DNA from: the human T2T-CHM13v2.0 reference genome, Homo sapiens
NCBI RefSeq assembly: GCF_009914755.1
Contig: NC_060928.1
Length of the DNA stretch: 64,000 nucleotides
Reading direction: 5' to 3' (one strand)
This document shows positions 13,251 to 26,479 of this stretch, one piece after another; position 1 is the stretch's first letter, and every line of letters starts with the position of its first letter. Below the pieces are notes generated by a model. It saw only the letters and a list, made by a program, of their open reading frames with translations. It searched no databases and was not told the origin of the DNA. The position numbers were made by a program, and so were the translations under genes.

Positions 13251-14629
13251 CCTAGAATACGATTATGCAAAACAAATGTCACAGTGCCCCAAGCTATCTG
13301 AAACTATACGTTCGTTTCTTTTTTATTGGTTACATCCATCTGTTAAAAGAAATACATAGAGAAAGAAAATAGAATATCCCCATGTAATTTTGATCTCTTG
13401 AGGGACAATGTATGCACAAATAAACCTAACTAAGGCACATCATTGTGAAATGTCACAACACTAAAAAAAGGGCTGCAATAGGATATCTCAAAGACTACCC
13501 TGAAAAAAAAGATAAGTAAAACATTTAACATTCTTTTAAAAAAACATTGCCATTTCTTGAAAAAACAGTCTTTTCTTCCCTTTATTTCTTTCTCTATCAT
13601 ATGGTACATTTATTGCTTTACTTTCTCATTCTGGCCTCAAACACAAATTTACTGTGTTATTCTTATAATAATTCAATCTTACAGCTAAAAAATATCCGCT
13701 TCAAAAACTGATGTTTTTCCAACCCAGGCTTTCTGTACCACAATGACTGTCACTGTCTAGAAGATGACACTTTGATATACTAGTGTTTCAATATGATCCA
13801 ACTGGGATTTATTTTAACCACCACTCTGTTCAAAACAAGATGGTTGAGAGAATAAATAAGGTAATTATACTTCTTTCAGTCTTTTACATTTTCTCAAAAA
13901 CTTTCACCTTTCTTTTTGTTGAGACTTTTTTCAAGTCATTATATTCATTCTACTAATTATATGAATGTTTTTGTCATTAATTAGCTATGCTTTTTACATT
14001 TTTTAATGCTTACTAGCGCTTGATGAATGTCTAATGGATAATGAGTAATTCTCTAGAGAGCAATATATTATTTCATGTCATTGCTCAGTCTTTTGTGTCT
14101 GAGCACAAAAAGTTAAAAAAGAATTCAAAAGGAAAATAAATTTATAAGACAGAAAATTTTTACAGGGCCGACTTTGTTTGCCAAGTGACATGTCTGAGAC
14201 ATGTGCCTGAGAAGACAATAGCTTTAAGTCAAAAGGGCCAAAAACATGTTTTAAACTAAAATAAATAATGAAATTCAAGAAGTCTCTTTTAAGAATCATT
14301 ACTGAAGTTAAATTATATAATTAGTCTTTATTTCAAAAAGTTTAATTTTTGAAAATGTTCTAGGAACTAAGAAATGCTTGACATACATTTGATTATTCAG
14401 AATAAGACCACAATCATTTGCATTAGAGAGCCTTTACTAAAGACTATGATGCTTTTCTTAATTGAAGATCCTCAGCAGTTGAATGACTTTTTCAGGTATC
14501 TCTTGGTATACTAAAGAAGAGCTTTCCCTTTTCTAATTTTCAGAATTTCTCTAAAATGAATAAAGGAAAAGAAAAGCCAAAACATAAGAAAGAAAGAAAA
14601 GAAAGAGTAGATATTAGAAACTTTCAAGA

Positions 14630-16280
14630 TAAAAGCCAATATGAAACCACAAAAGACCTTGAATAACCAAAGAAATCTTGAACAAGACCAAAGCTGCAGG
14701 CACTGCACTACCTGATTTCAAGATAAACTCCAAAGCTATAGTAGTCAAAACAATATATTACAGGCATAAAAACATACATGTAGACCAATGAAACAAAATA
14801 TTAAGCTGAGAAGCAAATCCACATATTTATGTTCAGTTGGTCTCAGGCAAAGATTCCAAGAACATATAGTGGGGAAAGGACAGTCTCTTCCACAAATGTT
14901 GATGGTAAAACTGGATATCCACACACAAAAGAAAGAGACTGAACCCTTATCTCACACAACAAAAATCAACTCAAGATAGATTAAAGACTTACATGTAAGA
15001 ACTGAATTTATAAAACTACTAGAAGAAAACGTGGGAGAAAAGCTCTGTGACATTGTTCTGGGCAATGATTTTTTTGAATAAGACACTCAAAACATAGAAA
15101 ACAGAAGCAAAAATAGACAAATAGGCTACATCTGAATTGCAAAGGAAAAAATGAGCAGAATGAAGAGACAACTTAAGTGATGGGAAAAAATATTTGTAAA
15201 CCATATATCTAATAAGGGATTGGAATTCACAACAAATAAGGAACTCAAACAACTCAATTGCAACAAAATAAATAACTTGATTCCAAAGTGGGCAAAGGAT
15301 ATGAGTAGACATTTTTCAGAAAGACATACAAATGGCCAATAGGTATATTTTTTAAGAATTTCAACCTCATTAATCATTAGGAAAATGCAAATCAATACCA
15401 CAATATTACCTCACACCTGTTAGAGTGGCTTTTATCAAAAAGATGAAAGATAAGTGTTGGCAAGAATGCGGAGAAAAGGGAATTCCTGTCTACTGTTACT
15501 GAAAATGTCAGTTGGTACAGCCATGATGGAAAATAGTATGAGGGTTTTCTGAAAAATTAAAAATAGAAAAGTAGAGCTATCTTATAATCCAGCAATCCCA
15601 TTTTTGTATATATTCAAAGGAATTAAAATCAGTGTCTTGAAGAGATATCTGCACTCCCATGTTCATTGCAGCATTAATCAAAACAGATAAGTTATGAAAC
15701 CAACCTAAGTGCTCACCAACAGATGAAAGAAAGGGAATTTTGGTGTGTGTGTACACACACACACAGACACAACGGAATATTATTCCATCTTAAGAAAGAT
15801 GAAAATACTGTTATTTGAGACAACATGAATGAACTTGGAGGACATTATATTAAGTGAAATAAGCCAGGTACAGAAAGACAAATATTGCATTATCTTATTT
15901 ATATGTGAAATCTAAAAGGGATGAGTTCATAGAAGCAGAGTAGAATTGTGGTTTCCAAGGGTTGGAGGGTTAGGAAAGTGTGAAAATTTTTGTCAAAGGG
16001 TACAAAATTTCAATTATATAGGATGAATGAGTTCTGGAGATCTAATGTATAGCATAGTGATTATAGTTAACATTACTGTAGTGTAGACTTGAAATTTGCC
16101 AAGGCAGTAAATCTTATGTGTTCTCACCACACACACATAACTGTGAGGTCATGGATATATTAATTAGCTTGATTGTGGTGATTATTTCACAATGTACATG
16201 TATATCAAAATATCACATCATGTGCATTAAATGTATATAAGTTTTGTTTGTCAATTATACTTCAATAAAACTGGGAAAAG
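14630..16280 (+). mobile_element. L1MA (MA7-9-like) 3' ~1.6 kb
   Basis: ORF2 3' motifs (ctacctgatttcaag, aaaaatcaactcaagatagattaaagactt) and an L1MA 3'UTR ending caattatacttcaataaaactggg. Confidence 0.88.
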
Positions 16281-18164
16281 AAACAGTCAGTAAGCCAGTA
16301 TTTCATGAAGTCCCAATGGGTAACCATTATCCAAGGAAGCCACAAAGAGTTTAATGTGATGTAAAACACTAAAAAGTAAAACAAACAAACAAGCAAATAA
16401 ACAGAATGATTAAGACTAAAGTTTACTACTGGTTTAGCATTACTCAGTAACTAATTAGAAATTTATCCTTCTTTGCATGTGGCTTGTTCAATGAATCATT
16501 TGAAACATTATAGTAGAGCTTTTAAAATGTGTAAGTTCACATAGAGGGACTAGTGAATGTATTATTATTTAAGAAAAAAAGATAAGAATAAAAGAAAAAG
16601 AATAAAAATAGGATAAAAGAAAGAGGGTTAAGAAGGAAGAAAGGCTGAAAGAAAAATATAAGACTTTCTCTTTTTTGCAATGGATAATTTGGACTCATTA
16701 AATATATTTTACTAATTCTTTATTCTCTCACTTTTCCATTTCTCTTTCCCCAAAACACAATATTCTTCTGGTCATTTGACTTCCCCTGGCATCCCCTGCC
16801 TCCACTGCTTGCACTATAGCTGTAGCTGTCAGTGGATGCAGTGTCCTTTATTGTACCATGACTTGACTGCCTTGGGATTTGGTGCAGATGTTAAAAATAG
16901 AGTCACAGAATGCTATTTCAACCCTGTACAGCAATCTTTAATACACGCTAAAGTCTGGAGGACAGATACTTCCTTTTCCAGATAAACTTACAGGTATGGT
17001 TTTACATGTTGACTTAGTTTTTTACTTAGCAGACATATCCACAGGAGACTTGGGAAGGCAAAATTAAACCCCCTGAATTAGAGACTACTATTTCTGATGA
17101 CAAGTATGGCAGTGGATATGTTTTCCCCCATGGCAGCTGAAGCAGGGGGCTTAGTGTCTTATTTTTAGTGTTGTTTATGTCAAGAGGTAGATATAGGCCA
17201 TGAATCATGCTGGTGCAAATGGCAGCAGAAATAATTTTATTCTGGAGCCAGAAGAGTTGTGCTATGTATTTCTTTCCCAGATCGCAATAGAAGTGGATTT
17301 TAGGAACTCAGATATTGAAGGGTGAAAAACTAGTGCCCTGTTTTTCAGAGGTAAAAACTGTTAATCCTGATATCACATGCAGTACCTAGGAGGGAAGATA
17401 ACATAATAACTAAGGTTACTGTGATAAGGAAAGGAGATGAAAAACATAATTTAATTTTTTCTGCCTCTATTTGGCAGTTTTTGTCCTTTTTTTCTTTTTA
17501 TTTCTCTTTCTCTCTCTCTTTTTAAACTTTTTTGAACATTAATTCTATGAAGGAAAATATGCAAAGACAGGTGGAGAACCAGGGTCTTTCAGTTAGCCTA
17601 AATAAGAAACACTCCTCTGAGAAGTCTGGTAATCAGTGCAATTCCTGCCAAGTGGTGTTTGATTATGGATATAATAAATCATTAGTGAATTTCCTTTTTA
17701 TCCATATTTTCTGATTTTTTTTACATTGCTACACAGTAAAAAGCTACACTTGAGCTGGATAGACAGGAAAGCTTAGCACACAGTTATCTTTAGCATTCGG
17801 CTGGATAAGGTGGCTGGGTAGAATTATGAGGTTGGTTATAAAAATAGAATTAGGATGGCTCTTTTAGGGAAGAGGAAGTGGGTTGTATTTAAAAAAATAA
17901 TGCAGCTGCCTTTTTTCTGCCATAATAACCATTATCATATGGTTGCCTAATAACAGGACCCTAATTTTTAACAGGATATTTGGCCCCTATGAATAAATGT
18001 TTCTCCAGCCTGCTTTGTAGCTAGATGGGGCGTGTATAAATTTTGTTTAATGATATAGAAGACAAAGTATTGTGTGTAATGTGTTGGAAATGTTCTTAGA
18101 AGAAACCATACCCTTTTTTGCCTCTTCTTCTTTCTTGGTTGCTACATTAACATGACATGGCTGG

Positions 18165-18775
18165 GTGACATCTGCAAAAATGATATAGTAAAGACCTCTG
18201 AATATTTGCCCATAAATAAAAGCAGTGAAAAAAACTGGCAAATATTGTCAGAACAAACTTTTTTTGAACTCTGGAAATTAACCAGAAGTTTTCAGCAACC
18301 TGGGAAGCATTTATGCGAGAAAAATGGCAGAATCTCAGTAATAACAAAAAGCAAGTTTTATGGCAGTTTTAACTTACTCTACTTTCATTTCCTGCTTCCT
18401 AGCTTAGTGGCAGTAATGAAAATAACAGTCTACATTCCTAGTACTGGAGGGAGCAGAATGGACCTAATTCACAAATAATTATGATCTTACATGTCTCTTG
18501 GTTTCTTGGTAAAGCTGTGCAAAAGGCTTGTCTTTATTAGATCTCAGAGTTTTCCCAGTCCTAAAAGCCACAAACAGGATATAAATATATTTTCAATATT
18601 TCACTTTTTCTTCTCTTATTTAAAAGAAAACTGCATAAAGCTATAATTATAAATCTATGTTGCCAGGCACAAAAGTTATACAGGCATAATTTGTGATAAT
18701 AACATGAAGGAGTTAGAGAGAATGGAGCAAAGTTTTGGTATATTGTTGAAATTAAGTTGGCATTAATTTGAAAAT
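18165..18775 (+). mobile_element. Ancient L1M (MC/MD-like) fragments
   Basis: aaaactggcaaatattgtcagaacaaactttttt, gaactctggaaattaaccag, and ggagcaaagttttggtatattgttgaaattaagttgg resemble old L1M 5' and inter-ORF sequence. Confidence 0.5.
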
Positions 18776-18917
18776 GCCACAGCGCAGGATATGAAAGGGT
18801 AAGGTAAGGGGATGATGGAGCAATACAATAGAGCATCTTCAGCCCTTCACAATTGAGACAAATAATGTCGACCTTAGTTGTTTGCTTAGATTCCATTTTA
18901 TTAGAAAAAACATTTTA

Positions 18918-19346
<429 letters not shown>

Positions 19347-20721
19347 TTATGTTCACAAAAGATATCCCAGGCATAGCAGACCCAATGTCTATGCCAATTC
19401 ACAGTGCTGCCCACAGTAAGCCCACCCCTTGTACTCTTTCTCGTATCGAGGCTAGACTTTCTATTCATTCTGTTTCCCTCAAGACTGAATCAGAAGCAGG
19501 GATTTATTTTCCCCAATTTTCTTCCACTTAGAAGCCCCACTTGTAGAAACAGTGACCAATTTATGCTTTGTCTTATTTAGGAAAACAGTGTTTAGAAAAT
19601 TAGATCTAAGAATTCAAATGTGTTTGTGCTAGTTTATACTGAATGGTACAAAGTCACTACTCTCAGTTTCCATTGCAGTACTTGGAGGTTTATAAACATG
19701 AAGACTTTTTTTCTCATTTTCATGTGTCTGAAGAGTAGTCTGAGTCATACAGTTTTAAGAAATCCTTTAAAAGAATAGACATGGTTGTGCCCATAGAAAT
19801 TATTACTATTCCTTCCTAATATAAGAGGAGAAAAATACAATTGTCTCTTTTCATTTGTTTCCAAGATATTTTTTGATGTCAAGATATTTAACTTCATCAG
19901 TGATATTTTCCTGGGCAAGATCTCCTTAAAGAAAGAGGCATTTAATTGGGAGTAGAGAAAGGATGTTCTGATACCTCGAAAATGCCTTTTCTTCAGAAAA
20001 AAAGAGTTCCATAGGACGCTAAGACCAGTTGGTAACATAGCCCATCAACATTTACAATCTCCTTGGACTAACTTATTTGCTAATAGATAGGATTTTACAA
20101 TCCCCTAAGTTAGGATTTCTCTATGTCAAGAATCCTATAATACTGAAGAGAAATAGTGTGATATTTTAATAAACTGAAATTTTCTTTCTTCTTCAGAGAT
20201 ACTAACTAGATTAGCATGTGTTAATTATTCTTTTAGGATCTTACAAATTTGTGATTCTTGGGTATACATTTCTTCACAGGCTTAATTTCAGGAGCAATTA
20301 AGGACACATTGACCAATTTGAAGCAAATGATATTTATATTATAAAATAGCACATAATTAATAAGGTAGAGATAAATCAAACTTTCCAAAAATCATGTACA
20401 AGCTTGAAATTGCAGATAGTTATAATAAGCCCACACAGCAATCTCTGAAAACTCCTACATTTAGTGAACTTTGCAAATTTTACTTAGAAGAAAAAAGATT
20501 AAGACAACTTGCTTCTTAGAGAAACTATGGTGAAAAAGAAACCTACCATTTCCATCTGCAAAATATTTAATAATTTATATATAGCAATGGAAAGACATAC
20601 TTGAAATTTCTCACTTCTCTTCTTCTCCATTGTATTGATTGCCATGACAAAGGATTTATAAAAAACAATCAATTCTGACAACTGTTATGCTTTCTCAATT
20701 CACTTATTTTCAAATGGTAAT

Positions 20722-21125
20722 TGTCAGGCCTCTGAGCCCAAGCTAAGCCATCATATCCCCTGTGACCTGCACGTACACATCCAGATGGACGGTTCCTGCC
20801 TTAACTGATGACATTACACCACAAAAGAAGTGAAAATGGCCTGTTTCTGCCTTAACTGATGACATTGTCTTGTGAAATTCCTTCTCCTGGCTCATCCTGG
20901 CTCAAAAGCTCCCCAACTGAGTAACTTGTGATCCCCACTCCTGCCTGCCAGAGAACAACCCCCCTTTTTCCTTTACCTACCCAAATCCTATAAAACGGCC
21001 CCACCCTTATCTTCCTTTGCTGACTCTCTTTTTGGACTTGGCCCGCCTGCACCCAGGTGAAATAAACAGCCATGTTGCTCACACAAAGCCTGTTTGGTGG
21101 TCTCTTCACATGGACGCACATGAAA
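20722..21125 (+). promoter_or_regulatory. 5' LTR7 (404 bp), promoter LTR
   Basis: tgtcaggcctctgagcccaagc...catgaaa; ACAAAAGA 20821-20828; TATAAAA 20989-20995; CCCCACCC box 20999-21006; AATAAA 21061-21066. Confidence 0.95.
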
Positions 21126-21127
21126 TT

Positions 21128-21145
21128 TGGTGCCGTGACTTGGAT
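21128..21145 (+). other. Primer-binding site for tRNA-His
   Basis: TGGTGCCGTGACTTGGAT is a 17/18 match to the complement of the tRNA-His 3' end (TGGTGCCGTGACTCGGAT). Confidence 0.95.
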
Positions 21146-21268
21146 CGGGGGACCTCCCTTGGGAGATCAATCCCCTGTCCTCCTGCTCTTTGCTCCATGA
21201 GAAAGATCCGCTTACAACCTCAGGTCCTCAGACCCACCAGCCCAAGAAACATCTCACCAATTTCAAAT

Positions 21269-21277
21269 CCAGTAAGC
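21269..21277 (+). promoter_or_regulatory. HERV-H major splice donor (CCA|GTAAGC)
   Basis: At the usual leader position; the recalled consensus is CCG|GTAAGC, so -1 is G>A here. Confidence 0.6.
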
Positions 21278-21892
21278 GGCCTCTTTTTACTCTCTTCTGC
21301 AACCTCCCTCACTATCCCTCAACCTCTTTCTCCTTTCAATCTTGGTGTCACACTTCAATCTCTCCCTTCTCTTAATTTCAATTCCTTTCATTTTCTGGTA
21401 GAGACAAAGGAGACACGTTTTATCCGTGGACCCAAAACTCCGGCACCAGTCACAGACTAGGGAAGGCAGCCTTCCCTTGGTGTTTAATCATTGCAGGGAC
21501 GCCTCTCTGATTATTCACCCAGGTTTCAGAGGTGTCAGACCATGCAGGGACGCCTGCCTTGGTCCTTCACCCTTAGCGGCAAGTCCCACTTTCCTGGGGA
21601 AGGGGCAAGTACCCCAACCCCTTCTCTCTATGTCTCTACCCCTTCTCCACCTTTCTGGGGGGGAAGAAACCCCCAACCCCTTCTCCTTAACCCTGAGCGG
21701 CAAGTCCCGTTTTGTGGGGGAGGGGCAACTACCTCAACCTTGTATCTCTGCGCCCCAATCCCTTATTTCTGTGCCCCGACCTCGTATCTCTGTGCCCTGA
21801 CCCCTTTCCCGCTTTTCTGGAGGGTAAGAACCCCCGAACCCCTTCCCTCCGTGTCTCTACTCTCACTTTTCTCTGGGCTTGCTTCCTTCACT

Positions 21893-23113
21893 ATGGGCAA
21901 CCTTCCACCCTCCATTCCTCCTTCTTCTCCCTTAGCCTGTGTTCTTAAGAACTTAAAACCTCTTCAACTCTCACCTGACCTAAAATCTAAGCATCTTATT
22001 TTCTTCTGCAATGCTGCTTGACCCCAATACAAACTCGACAGTAGTTCCAAATAGCCGGAAAATGGCACTTTCAATTTTTCCATCCTACAAGATCTAAATA
22101 ATTCTTGTTGTAAAATAGGCAAATGGTCTGAGGTGCCTGACGTCCAGGCATTCTTTTACACATCAGTCCCTTCCTAGTCTCTGTGCCCAGTGCAACTCAT
22201 CCCAAATCTTCCTTCTTTCCCTCCCACCTCTCCCCTCAGTCCCAACCCCAAGCGTCGCTGAGTCTTTCTAATCTTCCTTTTCTACAGACCCATCTGATCT
22301 CTCCCCTCCCCCCCAGGCTGCTCCTCGCCAGGCCGAGCTAGGTCCCAATTCTTCCTCAGCCTCCGCTCCTCCACCCTATAATCCTTTTATCACCTCCCCT
22401 CCTCACACCTGATCCGGCTTGCAGTTTCCTTCTGTGACTAGCCCTCCCCCACCTGCCCAGCAATTTACTCTTAAAAAGGTGGCTGGAGCCAAAGGCATAG
22501 TCAAGGTTAATGCTCCTTTTTCTTTATCCCAAATCAGATAGCGTTTAGGCTCTTTTTCATCAAATATAAAAATTCAGCCCAGTTCATGGCTCGTTTGGCA
22601 GCAACCCTGAGACACTTGACAGCCCTAGACCCTAAAAGGTCAAAAGGCCATCTTATTCTCAAAATACATTTTATTACCCAATCTGCTCCCAACATTAAAT
22701 AAAACTCCAAAAATTAAATTCCAGCCCTCAAACCCCATGACAGGATTTAATTAACCTCACCTTCAAGGTGTACAATAATAGAAAAAAGTTGCAATTCCTT
22801 GCCTCCACTGTGAGACAAACCCCAGCCACATCTCCAGCATGCAAGAACTCCTAAATGCCTGAACCGCAGCAGCCAGGCGTTCCTCCAGAACCTCCTCCCC
22901 AGGAGCTTGCCACAAGTGCCAGAAATCTGGCCACCAGGCCAAGGAATGCCTGCAGCCCAGGATTCCTCCTAAGCCATGTCCCATCTGTGTGGGACCCCAC
23001 TGGAAATTGGACTGTCCAACTCACCTGGCAGCCACTCCCAGAGCCCCTGGAACTCTGGCCCAAGGCTCTCTGACTCCTTCCCAGATCTTCTTGGCTTAGC
23101 GGCTGAAGACTGA
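21893..23113 (+). pseudogene. gag: HERV-H gag remnant
   Basis: MGNLPPSIPPSSPLACVLKNL start, stop at 22019-22021; zinc knuckles CHKCQKSGHQAKEC and CPICVGPHWKLDC at 22908-23015; stops and deletions. Confidence 0.9.
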
Positions 23114-23539
23114 TGCTGCCCGATTGCCTCGGAAGTCCCCTAGACCATCACGGACGCCGAGCTTTGGGTAACTCTCACAGTGGAGGGTAAGTCCGTCCCC
23201 TTCTTAATCAATACGGAGGCTACCCACTCCATATTACCTTCTTTTCAAGGGCCTGTTTCCCTTGCCTCCATAACTGTTGTGGGTATTGACCGCCAGGCTT
23301 ATAAACCTCTTAAAACTCTGCAACTCTGGTGCCAGTTTAGACAATACTCTTTTATGCACTCTTTTTTAGTTATCCCCACCTGCCCAGTTGCCTTATTAGG
23401 CCGAGATATTTTAACCAAATTATCTGCTTCCCTGACTATTCCTGGACTACAGCCGCATCTCATTGCTGCCCTTCTCCCCAACCCAAAGCCTCCTTCGCAT
23501 CTTCTTCTCGTATCCCCCCACCTTAACCCTCAAGTATAG
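23114..23539 (+). pseudogene. pro: HERV-H protease remnant
   Basis: FLINTEATHS (catalytic DTGA reads NTEA) and LLGRDILTKL. Confidence 0.9.
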
Positions 23540-25370
23540 GACATCTCTACTCCTTCCCTGGCAACCGATCACATGCCCATTACCATCCCATTAAAACCTA
23601 ATCACCCTTACCCTGCTCAACGCCAATATCCCATCCCACAGCACGCTTTAAAAGGATTAAAGCCTGTTATCACTCACCTGCTACAGCATGGGCTTCTAAA
23701 ACCTGTAAACTCTCCTTACAATTCCCCCATTTTACCTGTCCAAAAACCGGATAAGTCTTACAGATTAGTTCAGGATCTGCGCCTTATCTACCAAATTGTT
23801 TTGCCTATCCACCCTGTGGTGCCCAACCCGTACACTCTTTCATCCTCAATACCTTCCTCCACAACTCACTATTCCATTCTTGATCTTAAAGATGCTTTTT
23901 TCACTATTCCCCTGCACCCCTCGTCCCAGCCTCTCTTTGCTTTCACTTAGACTGACCCCAACACCCATTAGGCTCAGCAAATTACCTGGGCTGTACTGTT
24001 GCAAGGCTTCACAGACAGCCCCCATTACTTCAGTCAAGCCCAAATTTCATCCTCATCTGTTACCTGTCTCGGCATAATTCTCATAAACACACACGTGCTT
24101 TCCCTGATGATCGTGTCCGGTTAATCTCCCAAGCCTCAATCCCTTACAAAACAATAACTCCTTTCCTTCCTAGGCATGGTTAGTGCGATCAGAATTCTTA
24201 CACAAGAGCCAGGACCGCACCCTGTAGCCTTTCTGTGCAAACAACTTGACCTTACTGTTTTAGCCTAGCCCTCATGTCTGCGTGCAGTGGCTGCTGCTGC
24301 TTTAATACTTTTAGAGGCCCTAAAAATCACAAACTATGCTCAACTCACTCCCTACATTTCTCATAACTTCCAAAATCTATTTTCTTCCTCATACCTGACG
24401 CATATACTTTCTGCTCCCCAGCTCCTTCAGCTGTACTCACTCTTTCTTAAGTCCCACAATTACCATTGTTCCTGGCCCAGACTTCAATCCAGCCTCCCAC
24501 ATTATTCCTGATACCACACCTGACCCCCATGACTGTATCTCTCTGATCCACCTGACATTCACCCCATTTCCCCATATTTCCTTCTTTCTTGTTCCTCACT
24601 CTGATCACGCTTGATTTATTGATGGCGGTTCCACCAGGCCTAATCGCCACACACCAGCAAAGGCAGGCTATGCTATAGTACAAGCCAGTAGCCCGCCTCT
24701 TAGAACCTCTTATTTCCTTTCCATCGCGGAAATCTATCCTCAAGGAAATAACTTCTCAGTGTTCCATCTGCTATTCTACTACTCCTCAGGGATTATTCAG
24801 GCCCCCTCCCTTCCCTACACATCAAGCTCAAGGATTTGCCCCCACCCAGGACTGGCAAATTAGCTTTACTCAACATGCCCCGAGTCAGATAACTAAAATA
24901 CCTCTTAGTCTAGGTAGACACTTTCACTGGATAGGTACAGGCCTTTCCTACGGGGTCTGAGAAGGCCACCGCAGTCATTTCTTCCCTTCTGTCAGACATA
25001 ATTCCTCAGTTTAGCCTACCCACCTCTACACAGTCTGATAACAGACCAGCCTTTATTAGTCAAATCAGCCAAGCAGTTTTTCAGGCTCTTAGTATTCAGT
25101 GAAACCTTTATATCCCTTATGGTCTTCCATCTTCAGGAAAAGTAGAACGGACTAAAGGTCTTTTAAAAACACACCTCACCAAGCTCAGCCACCAACTTAA
25201 AAAGGACTGGACAATACTCTTACCACTTTCCCTTCTCAGAAGTCAGAGTTGTCCTCAGAATGCTACAGGGTACAGCCCATTTGAGCTCCTGTATAGATGC
25301 TCCTTTTTATTAGGCCCCAGTCTCATTCCAGACGCCAGACCAACTTAAACTGTGCCCCAAAAAAACCTAT
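23540..25370 (+). pseudogene. pol: HERV-H pol remnant (RT, RNase H and IN fragments)
   Basis: QYPIP, YRLVQDLR, LDLKDAFF, QGFTDSP motifs; YxDD segment missing after about 24040; FIDG RNase H motif about 24615; IN CxxC, QSDN and KVER; many stops. Confidence 0.9.
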
Positions 25371-25923
25371 CATCCCTACTATATTCTGTCTAGTCATACT
25401 CCTATTCACCGTTCTCAACTACTCACACATGCCCTGCTCTTGTTTACACTGCCGGTTTACACTGTTTCTCCAAGCCATCACAGCTGATATCTCCTGGTGC
25501 TATCCCCAAACTGCCACTCTTAACTCTTGAAGTAAATAAATAATCTTTGCTGGCAGGACTATGCTGAATTTCCTTAAGCACTCTAATTAGATGTCCTAGG
25601 TCCTCCCAATTCTTAGACCTTTAATACCTGTTTTTCTCCTTCTCTTATTCCTTTTAGTTTTTCAATTCATACAAAACCGTATCCAGGCTATCACCAATAA
25701 TTCTAAATGACAAATGTTTCTTCTAACAGTCCCACAATATCACCCCTTACCATAAAATCTTCCTTCAGCTTAATGTCTCCCACTCTAGGTTCCCACACCG
25801 CCCCTAATCCCGCTCGAAGCAGCCCTGAGAAACATCGCCCATTATCTCTCCATACCATCCCCCCAAAAATTTTCACCGTCCCAGCACTTTACCACTACTT
25901 CGTTTTATTTTTCTTATTAATAT
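25371..25923 (+). pseudogene. env: Short env-derived remnant / 3' internal region
   Basis: Lies between IN and the PPT; only about 550 bp, so most of env is deleted; no long ORF. Confidence 0.55.
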
Positions 25924-25936
25924 AAGAAGACAAGAA
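25924..25936 (+). other. Polypurine tract
   Basis: aagaagacaagaa directly before the 3' LTR. Confidence 0.8.
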
Positions 25937-26289
25937 TGTCAGGCCTCTGAGCCCAAGCTAAGCTATCATATCCCCTGTGATCTGCACGTACACATCCAGA
26001 TGGCCGGTTCCTGCCTTAACTGATGACATTGTCTTGTGAAATTCCTTCTCCTGGCTCATCCTGGCTCAAAAGCTCCCCCACTGAGTAACTTGTGATCCCC
26101 ACTCCTGCCTGCCAGAGAACAACCCCCCTTTTTCCTTTACCTACCCAAATCCTATAAAACGGCCCCACCCTTATCTCCCTTTGCTGACTCTCTTTTTGGA
26201 CTCAACCCGCCTGCACCCAGGTGAAATAAACAGCCATGTTGCTCACACAAAGCCTGTTTGGTGGTCTCTTCACACGGAAGTGCATAAAA
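25937..26289 (+). mobile_element. 3' LTR7 (353 bp, lacks a 51-bp U3 block)
   Basis: Colinear with the 5' LTR apart from one missing repeat unit; AATAAA 26225-26230. Confidence 0.95.
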
Positions 26290-26479
26290 GTAATCAATTA
26301 TCCATTAATCCTTTATGCCATTGACAGTACATTTCAAGAGTTAAAAAGAAATTTAAGTCTATATATATGATATAACTCTTGTGAAAAGATGGTTACCCTT
26401 TCATTAAAATCAGAAAATACGCAGTTTATAAAATTTTATATATTTTAAAAATAAAGGGTAAAAGTCCCTTGCTAAATTT

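Larger units (their letters stand above)
20722..26289 (+). mobile_element. HERV-H provirus, common internally deleted ~5.6 kb form
   Basis: Two LTR7-type LTRs, perfect 5-bp TSD GTAAT (20717-20721 and 26290-26294), tRNA-His PBS, gag/pro/pol remnants, PPT. Confidence 0.98.

Noticed and set aside
23180-23950. Open protease and RT ORFs as functional retroviral genes
   Set aside because: Protease catalytic Asp is lost, RT stops at 23948 and YxDD is deleted
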